From positions 1,088,001 through 1,152,000 of the forward strand of contig OZ246001.1 of assembly GCA_965230295.1 (NCBI GenBank): a stretch of 64,000 bases of DNA, in the 5' to 3' direction. Origin of the DNA: Marinicella sp. (GTDB lineage: Bacteria; Pseudomonadota; Gammaproteobacteria; Xanthomonadales; Marinicellaceae). The position numbers were made by a program, and so were the translations under genes. The notes under the pieces are model-generated. The model was not told the origin of the DNA, searched no databases, and saw only the letters and a program-made list of their open reading frames with translations. This document shows positions 40,605 to 48,102 of the stretch, in pieces (the stretch's first letter is position 1; each line of letters starts with the position of its first letter).

Positions 40605-41186
40605 TCAATCGCCTTTTCTTTTAACCAATAAGGACAAATCCCTGATGATTTGTGTTGATGTGTTTTCCGGGGTAAAGGCCATCATCAAAAAACCTTCCGG
40701 TGCCACCACGTACAAGCCTTGTCCTTGTGTCAGTGACACTTCGGACAAGCCATCAAATACCGATCGCAAGGACTCATTGCCATTTATCGAGACTTTTTGA
40801 ACATGAGGGAATCGATCATTATCATAGTTTGAGTAATCATCTGCCATCAGCATTAAATTCATTTTTTCCGAGCGGTGACCTAAGCTTAACCGGTATTTGT
40901 GTAAATCATTTTCCAGTTCTAAGCACTGTTCATCACAAGTGATCGGTACACGACGAATCAAGGTCCAATGACCATCCAAGGCAGTGACCCACTGTGCGTC
41001 GCTGTAATCTGCCAATTTAACCAATGGAGAAACAAAATGTCCGTTGTTTTTGGTCTTATCCGGCTGGTAATCAATCAATCCTGAACTGAGTAAATAGGCC
41101 ACCACCACGGGTGCAACAAACAACAGGGCAGTGAAGATGATGGTTAATCTGTTTTTAGTTTTTGCTTGCATCTTTTTCTTTGGCAA
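40605..41186 (-). CDS. Cytochrome oxidase cluster membrane-anchored protein (thioredoxin/SCO-like)
   Basis: N-terminal TM, N.G, CxxxC (CDEQC), DL..L; conserved position in the cox cluster. Confidence 0.75.
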   Translation of the reverse strand: MPKKKMQAKTKNRLTIIFTALLFVAPVVVAYLLSSGLIDYQPDKTKNNGHFVSPLVKLADYSDAQWVTALDGHWTLIRRVPITCDEQCLELENDLHKYRLSLGHRSEKMNLMLMADDYSNYDNDRFPHVQKVSINGNESLRSVFDGLSEVSLTQGQGLYVVAPEGFLMMAFTPENTSTQIIRDLSLLVKRKGD

Positions 41187-41883
41187 AATGTTTTTTCATA
41201 AAGATCCCATAGACCAAGCACAACACCAATGACATGGTGAACCATTGAGCGGCATAGGCTTGGTGTTTGGCTACGGTCATTCTGGGAAGTTGCCATTCCC
41301 GTTTATAGCCATGAGGCATTCCCGGGTCCAGCTTCAATACCAAGGGGAGGATTATACAGCCAACACCCGTGTTTTGCTCACAAAGTCTTTGTTTTAAGGT
41401 CTTCAAGGTGGCCGTTTGGTCTAAATAGGTGACATGTTGGATGTCCTGATTCAGTATCAATTGCTCGCCCAATTTGACCCCTGGCCTTGGCCAATCAGCC
41501 ACCAGGCCCTCCAGTGAATCGAATTCATCGATCACATCAAAATCTGTTTGTTCCTGATCATGCCAACCACGATTAACCAACAGCCACAGACCGGCTGTGG
41601 TTTTGAATGTGGTATACACGAAAAAACCGACCTGCCCATCCATGATTTGGTTATCCAGTAAAAAATGTGTGTTGCTGTAATGTCCCGAGAACTTAACTCG
41701 CTCAAATGCCAGTTGAGCCATCCATTGTTGTTCAGTTTCAGGCTCTTGAACCTCACCCACAGATAAACGTTCATTGATGATTCTTTTTTCTTCAGCTCGA
41801 CCCAATTGCCAGAATCCAGCCCACAACATCACCAACAAAATCGTCAGCCACAAAGTGCTGAATATCCAGGGGAAGGTTTTCAT
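41155..41883 (-). CDS. SURF1 family protein
   Basis: GFWQL.RAEEK, LDNQ, LVNRGW, H..YA.QWF. Confidence 0.92.
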   Translation of the reverse strand: MKTFPWIFSTLWLTILLVMLWAGFWQLGRAEEKRIINERLSVGEVQEPETEQQWMAQLAFERVKFSGHYSNTHFLLDNQIMDGQVGFFVYTTFKTTAGLWLLVNRGWHDQEQTDFDVIDEFDSLEGLVADWPRPGVKLGEQLILNQDIQHVTYLDQTATLKTLKQRLCEQNTGVGCIILPLVLKLDPGMPHGYKREWQLPRMTVAKHQAYAAQWFTMSLVLCLVYGIFMKKHFAKEKDASKN

Positions 41884-41886
41884 TGC

Positions 41887-42099
41887 TCAAGGTTTGAGAA
41901 ACACTGGCTGGTTGGGTTCAATCCAACCCATTTTTGCGGCCAAAATGATGAACAGAAACAACAAGACGCTCAAGGCCACTCGAACAGTTAAAAACCGCAC
42001 AGTATTTTGACTTTGACCCTTACCTTTCACCAAATAAAACATGGCAGAGCCGAGGCTGAACAGGATGAACAGTAGCATGACAACAATGAGGTATTTCAT
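41887..42099 (-). CDS. Twin transmembrane helix small protein (DUF2909/HIG1-like)
   Basis: SLGSA.FYL...LT.RV.LS...GWI.P. Confidence 0.85.
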   Translation of the reverse strand: MKYLIVVMLLFILFSLGSAMFYLVKGKGQSQNTVRFLTVRVALSVLLFLFIILAAKMGWIEPNQPVFLKP

Positions 42100-42148
42100 A
42101 AGTGGGTATCGCTTCGTTTAAGTGGCGTTATTTTAATGGATTAAACGT

Positions 42149-42175
42149 AAAAAACCCATCAAAGTGATGGGTTTT
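42149..42175 (-). terminator. Rho-independent terminator after coxC
   Basis: AAAACCCATCA-AAG-TGATGGGTTTT hairpin with an A6 tract. Confidence 0.75.
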
Positions 42176-42201
42176 CAACGTCAGAATTATGTTTTATCGA
42201 T

Positions 42202-43074
42202 TCAGATGATGTAGACAAATATAAACAGTCCCAACCAAACCACATCAACAAAGTGCCAGTACCATGCCACGGCTTCAAAACCGAAGTGACTTTCTGGACG
42301 GAAGTGACCTCGAATCACCCGAATGGTGATCACCGCGATCATGATGGCACCTAATGTCACATGCATGCCGTGGAAACCGGTCAACATAAAGAAGGTGGAT
42401 CCATAAATACCTGAAGATAGTTTCAAGTTCAGGTGTTTATAAGCTTCAACATACTCTTCTGCTTGATAGAACAAAAAGACGGCGCCCAAGATCACTGTCG
42501 CAATCAACCAAATGATCGTTTGGCTGCGGTTATTGGCCCTTAAAGCATGGTGTGCAATGGTGATGGTGACCGAACTGGCCAATAACAACAAGGTGTTGAT
42601 CAAGGGTAAATGATAAGGGTCGATCAGCTCAAATCGGCCATTCAATTCTCCAGGACCATTGGTTGGCCAGACCCCTTCATAACCTGGATAGAGGACTTCG
42701 TTGGTCGATAAACCAGTACCTTCACCACCCAACCAGGGCACTGAAAAGTTACGTGCATAAAACAAGGCGCCAAAGAAGCAGGCAAAAAACATCACTTCTG
42801 AAAAAATGAACCAAATCATACCCATGCGAAATGAGGTATCAACCTGGGTGTTGTACAGTTTGTCTTCGCTTTCTTTGATGACTTCACCAAACCAACCAAA
42901 CATCATCCATAAAATGATGGCAATTCCCAGATACAAAACCCAAGGCGTTCCCGGATTCTCACTGTTCAATTGATTGATGGCACCCAATACGGTTACGGTT
43001 AAACCAATGGAACCAACAATTGGCCATTTGGCCAGATGTGGCACGTAATATTGATCTTTACTAACTTCTGACAT
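42202..43074 (-). CDS. coxC: Cytochrome c oxidase subunit III
   Basis: FIFSEVMFF, NT.LLL.SS, FFMLTGFHG.HV, WYWHFVDVVW. Confidence 0.96.
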   Translation of the reverse strand: MSEVSKDQYYVPHLAKWPIVGSIGLTVTVLGAINQLNSENPGTPWVLYLGIAIILWMMFGWFGEVIKESEDKLYNTQVDTSFRMGMIWFIFSEVMFFACFFGALFYARNFSVPWLGGEGTGLSTNEVLYPGYEGVWPTNGPGELNGRFELIDPYHLPLINTLLLLASSVTITIAHHALRANNRSQTIIWLIATVILGAVFLFYQAEEYVEAYKHLNLKLSSGIYGSTFFMLTGFHGMHVTLGAIMIAVITIRVIRGHFRPESHFGFEAVAWYWHFVDVVWLGLFIFVYII

Positions 43075-43092
43075 GCTAATTGCCCCTAATAT

Positions 43093-43662
43093 TTAAATTT
43101 TTTCATGTATGGCATCACCAGCAGCCTGTTGTTCTGCGGTCATGCGATTTTTGTTAAAAAAGGTGTATGACAAAGTCAACACCTCAATGTCTTTCGGTAT
43201 GTCCGAACTGACGATAAAAGTCACCGGCATATTTTTCTTTTCACCAGGTGTCAGCAACTGCTCGGTAAAACAAAAGCACTCTGTTTTACTGAAATAAAGA
43301 GATGCTTCGTTGGGTGCCACGCTGGGAACCGCTTGACCAGTGACATCGATTTCAGCAATGTTTTGTGCAATGTACTCTGTTGAGTACAGTTTACCAGGCA
43401 CCACTTCCATGGAAAATTGTTGTGGTTTGAATGACCAGGGCAAATCACTGTTGACCGTGCCATCAAACTGTACCGTCACGGTGTGGTTGGCAGTTTGGTT
43501 GGTCACGTCTTCAGTGGCAATGACCCCTGTTTTACCATTCAAACCAGTGACTTCACAAATCACGTCATACAAAGGCACCAATGCAAAACCGAAGCCAACC
43601 ATAATGGCGGACACCAACAGGCCTTTCCTCAATACCCGACTGTTCGCTTGATCACGTTGCAT
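43093..43662 (-). CDS. ctaG: Cytochrome c oxidase assembly protein CtaG/Cox11
   Basis: VPLY..C..TG.NG, K.ECFCF, LSYTFF. Confidence 0.95.
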   Translation of the reverse strand: MQRDQANSRVLRKGLLVSAIMVGFGFALVPLYDVICEVTGLNGKTGVIATEDVTNQTANHTVTVQFDGTVNSDLPWSFKPQQFSMEVVPGKLYSTEYIAQNIAEIDVTGQAVPSVAPNEASLYFSKTECFCFTEQLLTPGEKKNMPVTFIVSSDIPKDIEVLTLSYTFFNKNRMTAEQQAAGDAIHEKI

Positions 43663-43780
43663 GAGTCACCACTATATAGACTGCCCAAGAAAAGAACCCC
43701 AAAGCCACCACTGCCAATATCAAGGCTGTCTTTCTGGCGGCTTTGCGCTGTGCTTGGATTTGTTTATCGTCCTGGTTCAT
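43652..43780 (-). CDS. 42-aa small membrane protein between coxA and ctaG (absent from the ORF track)
   Basis: Hand translation gives MNQDDKQIQAQRKAARKTALILAVVALGFFSWAVYIVVTHAT*. It starts 7 bp after the coxA stop and overlaps the ctaG start. Confidence 0.75.
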   Translation of the reverse strand: MNQDDKQIQAQRKAARKTALILAVVALGFFSWAVYIVVTHAT

Positions 43781-43787
43781 CGTTCAA

Positions 43788-45407
43788 TCAGTGAACTTTA
43801 CCATGAGCCATCTTATCCAGGTCTACTGGACCAAATTCTTCGAACGTGTGGTATGGCGCTGGAGAAGGAACAGTCCACTCCAAACCTTTGGCACCTTCCC
43901 AAACTTCATCAGTCGCTTTTTCACCACCTTTAACGGTTTTCCACACAATGTAGATGAAGAAGACTTGTGCCAGACCAAAGGCAAACCCGCCGATCGATGA
44001 CCACATGTTGAATTCTGCAAATTGGGTGGAGTAATCCGGAATACGACGTGGCATACCTGCCAAGCCCAAGAAATGTTGTGGGAAGAACAAGACATTGACT
44101 GAAATGGTTGACCACCAGAAGTGAATTTTACCCAACCGTTCGTTGTACATGTGGCCAGACCATTTTGGCAACCAGTAGTAAGCGCCGGCAATGATGGCAT
44201 AAACGGCGCCTGTTACCAGTACATAATGGAAATGCGCCACAATGAAGTAAGTGTCATGGTATTGCAAATCAACTGGAGCCAAGGCCATCATCACACCAGA
44301 AAAACCACCAATGGTGAACAGAATCACAAACGCCAGTGAGAACAACATGGGCGTCTCAAAGGTCATTGAACCTTTCCACATGGTCGCCACCCAGTTGAAG
44401 ATTTTCACCCCTGTTGGCACCGCAATCATCATGGTGGCATACATGAAGTACAACTCACCACCCAACGGCATCCCGACTGAGAACATGTGATGCGCCCATA
44501 CGATGAATGACAAGAAGGCAATGGCAGCTGTGGCATAAACCATCGATACATAACCAAACAATGGCTTACGAGCGAAGGTAGGTATGATTTCAGATACCAC
44601 ACCAAAGGCCGGCAGAATCATGATGTAAACTTCAGGGTGTCCAAAGAACCAGAATATGTGTTGGAACAACACCGGATCACCCCCACCAGCGGCATTAAAG
44701 AAGCTGGTGTCAAAATAACGGTCAGTCAGTAACATGGTCACCGCTCCGGCCAACACAGGCATCACAGCAATCAACAGGAATGCAGTGATCAACCACGTCC
44801 AGACAAACAATGGCATGTTCAAGTAACCCACATTAGGGGCACGCATGTTCATGATGGTGGCAATCACATTGATCGCACCCATGATGGACGAGATACCCAT
44901 CAGATGCACTGCAAATACCAAGTATGCCACGTTGTGACCACCTTGAAGCACCAAAGGAGGATACATGGTCCAACCACCTGCTGGCGCACCACCTTCCATA
45001 AATAAGGTTGATGACAACAAAGTAAAAGCAAAAGGCAGGATCCAAAATGACCAGTTATTCATTCTTGGCAAGGCCATATCAGGCGCACCAATCATCATTG
45101 GAATCATCCAGTTGGCCAAACCTACAAAAGCTGGCATGACCGCACCAAATACCATGATCAAGGCATGCATGGTGGTCATTTGGTTAAAGAAGTCAGGTTC
45201 TACAAATTGCAGACCTGGTTGAAACAATTCCAATCGAATGATCATCGCCATGGCGCCACCCAAAATAAACATGGCAAAAGCAAAGATCAAATACAAAGTA
45301 CCAATGTCTTTGTGGTTGGTGGTCATCAACCATCTTTTCACAAAGCCTTTGGGTTTGTGGTCATGGTGGTCGTGAGATACTTCATCATGTGTGATATCGT
45401 GACTCAT
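43788..45407 (-). CDS. ctaD: Cytochrome c oxidase subunit I (A-type)
   Basis: TTNHKDIG, GWT.YPPL, WFFGHPEVY, WAHHM, AHFHY, GMPRR. Confidence 0.98.
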   Translation of the reverse strand: MSHDITHDEVSHDHHDHKPKGFVKRWLMTTNHKDIGTLYLIFAFAMFILGGAMAMIIRLELFQPGLQFVEPDFFNQMTTMHALIMVFGAVMPAFVGLANWMIPMMIGAPDMALPRMNNWSFWILPFAFTLLSSTLFMEGGAPAGGWTMYPPLVLQGGHNVAYLVFAVHLMGISSIMGAINVIATIMNMRAPNVGYLNMPLFVWTWLITAFLLIAVMPVLAGAVTMLLTDRYFDTSFFNAAGGGDPVLFQHIFWFFGHPEVYIMILPAFGVVSEIIPTFARKPLFGYVSMVYATAAIAFLSFIVWAHHMFSVGMPLGGELYFMYATMMIAVPTGVKIFNWVATMWKGSMTFETPMLFSLAFVILFTIGGFSGVMMALAPVDLQYHDTYFIVAHFHYVLVTGAVYAIIAGAYYWLPKWSGHMYNERLGKIHFWWSTISVNVLFFPQHFLGLAGMPRRIPDYSTQFAEFNMWSSIGGFAFGLAQVFFIYIVWKTVKGGEKATDEVWEGAKGLEWTVPSPAPYHTFEEFGPVDLDKMAHGKVH

Positions 45408-45422
45408 AATAAATCCCCTAAA

Positions 45423-46577
45423 TTATTGTTTCATGCTTTTGACAGTGGCTGGCTGAACAACGTCGCCGACTGAATTGCCAAAAGAATTTCGTGTGTAAGT
45501 AATGGCTGCAGCGATGTCAGTTTCTGACAACAAACCACCAAAAGCTTGCATGGCAGTTCCTGGCTTACCATTCAAAACCAATTCGATTTGATCAGCAGCA
45601 GGTCCGACCACCAGTTCACTGCCAGCCAGAGCCGGAAAGGCCGGAGCCATGCCAGATCCATTGGCTTGGTGACAAACTGCACATTGGCTGTTGTAAACTT
45701 CTTCACCTTTGGCCATCAATTGGTCCATGGTCCATTCAGTTTCAACCAGTTCAGCCTCTTCGGCTTGCTCGCCTTTTTGATCAGCAACCCATTGGGCATA
45801 ATCTTCTTTGCTCAAGACTTCAACCACAATCGGCATGAACCCATGGTCTTTGCCGCATAACTCAGCACATTGACCGCGGTAGGTACCAGGGGTTTTCACA
45901 TTGGTCCAGGCTTCGTTAACATACCCAGGTATGGCATCTCTTTTCCAACCAAAGTCAGGAACCCACCAGGCATGAATCACATCATCAGCCGTTAACAAAA
46001 AGCGGATGTTGGTGTCTACTGGAATCACCAATGGGTTGTCTACATCCAACAGGTAGTTTTCGACGGTGTTGGGATCAACGCCTGAGCCTTTTTGTCTGGC
46101 CAGGTTACTGTCTTTAGACAGGGTACTTAAAAAGCTGATGCCTTCTTCCATGTAGTCGTATTTCCACTTCCACTGGTAGCCGGTGATTTTAACCGTCATG
46201 TCAAACTGCATGCGCTTGCCATCATCATCGGTTGGGTTTTCCATTTGGATCAAGGCGCGGGTTGCTGGAATCGCAATCACCACCAAAATCAAAATCGGAA
46301 TGATGGTCCAGATCACTTCAGCTGTGGTGCTGTGGCTGAATTGTTCTGGCTTGTACCCTTTGGATTTTCGGTGGGTAAAGATTGAAACAATCATTGCCCC
46401 GAACACCACGATACCAATCACGATACAAATCCACAGTGTGAATGTATGCATCCCATAGGCGGTTTCACTGAATTCCGTGACGCCTTTTCTTAAATTCAAT
46501 CCATATTCTGCTGCTGACATGGACGAAACCAACAATCCAGCAATCAGCATCATGAATTTCATTTGTGCTTTTTTCAT
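45423..46577 (-). CDS. coxB: Cytochrome c oxidase subunit II with C-terminal cytochrome c domain
   Basis: YQWKW.Y, DVIHAW, CuA ligands CAELCGKDH.FM, CAVCH heme c motif. Start set at MKKAQ. Confidence 0.96.
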   Translation of the reverse strand: MKKAQMKFMMLIAGLLVSSMSAAEYGLNLRKGVTEFSETAYGMHTFTLWICIVIGIVVFGAMIVSIFTHRKSKGYKPEQFSHSTTAEVIWTIIPILILVVIAIPATRALIQMENPTDDDGKRMQFDMTVKITGYQWKWKYDYMEEGISFLSTLSKDSNLARQKGSGVDPNTVENYLLDVDNPLVIPVDTNIRFLLTADDVIHAWWVPDFGWKRDAIPGYVNEAWTNVKTPGTYRGQCAELCGKDHGFMPIVVEVLSKEDYAQWVADQKGEQAEEAELVETEWTMDQLMAKGEEVYNSQCAVCHQANGSGMAPAFPALAGSELVVGPAADQIELVLNGKPGTAMQAFGGLLSETDIAAAITYTRNSFGNSVGDVVQPATVKSMKQ

Positions 46578-46740
46578 AAATTTTACCCTAATGAATTTTT
46601 GAAAACCAAGACCTTGAACGTGTGGCAATGATTATTGTTCGATGCATGCCACACATAACACCTCACAAAAGCTCGTCATTTCTATGACTCAGGCCAATCA
46701 TAAACCCATGTTTTCATTGAAAGTTTAAATGTTCAATGGA

Positions 46741-46757
46741 TGCGACTAAATGTCGCA
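46741..46757. promoter_or_regulatory. Putative RegA/PrrA/RoxR-type binding site upstream of the cox operon
   Basis: Perfect palindrome TGCGAC-TAAAT-GTCGCA matching GCGNC-N5-GNCGC. Confidence 0.6.
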
Positions 46758-47004
46758 CAGGTCAGACGCGGCAATTCTACCATGTGATATGCCAAATATC
46801 TGCAACTAGTGTTATTTTTTTGTTAGCAATGGACCCAATAATCTTGAATTAGGCAATGAATTGATGCCACCCGTCCTTTGCCCAATGGTTCAGTTCCGAA
46901 AAAAATAAAAAAAGTTGTGTTGTTTTACACAGCTCAATCATCTCAATAACGAAGCACCAGATATTTGACGGTGCTTTGTGAACATTTATATGAGGAAACA
47001 GACC

Positions 47005-48096
47005 ATGAAAAATGACTACTTACTAACGATTTTATTATTATTGATTTCGCTACCGATTTTCGCGGCAGAATTTTGTGTCACAAGCAGTGCTGGATTACAA
47101 GCGGCCTTGAATTCGGCTGCAAACAACAACCAACACGATTTGATTAAAATTGCAGAAGGCTCTTACACCACCCCAGGTAGTGAGTTCAGCTACACTGAAA
47201 GTGTCGGCTGGGATCTAGAAATTTCAGGTGGCTGGACTGAGTTTTTTGGCAATCCATGTGGTCAACAACTTTCTGGCAACCCATTCAATACAGTTTTGGA
47301 CGGTGACAGCAGCAACCGGATCATGAACATCCGTTCAGGCGGCTCTTCAGACATCACCATCAGCAGTTTGGCCTTCATTAACGGTGGGACTTCAAACCTA
47401 TCAAATGGCGGAGGTTTGCGATTCTGGCCAACCAACACGAACAATCACACCGGGAAAGTGGTTATTGAAAGATCTGCATTCATCAACAATACGGCTGAAG
47501 AAGCCAGTGCAATTTCCTTTCTCAGTGCAGGGTTACGGAATCACATACGCAACAATATATTCGTTGTAAACAGCACAACCAACGGTTCAAATACTGTCGT
47601 CATCAACCAGGACTTGTCAGCAGGCATTTACTTCACCAACAACACCATGGTTACCAATTCCGGAGATGCGGCCAACAACCGCGGTGGTTTAAGAATTTTC
47701 ACCACCTCGACATCAAATGCTTACGTGGGAAATAACGTGCTGTATGACAACGGCAGTGAGGATTTTAGAGTCACCGGCTCAGGACAGGTATACTTGCATT
47801 ATAACAATGTTGACCTGGTTTTCGGCGCAAGCTCAAGCAGCCTCATAGGTAATTTTTCTGCAGATCCCGAGTTCAATCCAGGCATATTAAACTACACACC
47901 TTCATATGGATCACCCTTGGTTAACCAAGGGTATGACCCTCCCAATATTGTTCCATTTCCAACACCTTTTAATCTGGCATGGTTTGAAGGCACAGTAGAT
48001 ATCTTTGGCAACCCCAGAAAACAAGATGGGAAAGTCGACATTGGAGCGGTTGAGACTGAGCCAGAACCGCCTATATTCGCAAATGGGTTTGAATAA
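47005..48096 (+). CDS. Secreted beta-helix protein with a choice-of-anchor-Q-like C-terminal domain and terminal PPIFANGFE
   Basis: GAGGA RBS before the ATG at 47005; signal peptide; Asn-rich beta-helix repeats (GGGL, FINN, N..N); GSPLVNQG...D.FG.PR..G.VDIGAVE. Confidence 0.8.
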   Translation: MKNDYLLTILLLLISLPIFAAEFCVTSSAGLQAALNSAANNNQHDLIKIAEGSYTTPGSEFSYTESVGWDLEISGGWTEFFGNPCGQQLSGNPFNTVLDGDSSNRIMNIRSGGSSDITISSLAFINGGTSNLSNGGGLRFWPTNTNNHTGKVVIERSAFINNTAEEASAISFLSAGLRNHIRNNIFVVNSTTNGSNTVVINQDLSAGIYFTNNTMVTNSGDAANNRGGLRIFTTSTSNAYVGNNVLYDNGSEDFRVTGSGQVYLHYNNVDLVFGASSSSLIGNFSADPEFNPGILNYTPSYGSPLVNQGYDPPNIVPFPTPFNLAWFEGTVDIFGNPRKQDGKVDIGAVETEPEPPIFANGFE

Positions 48097-48102
48097 GTTC
48101 CC

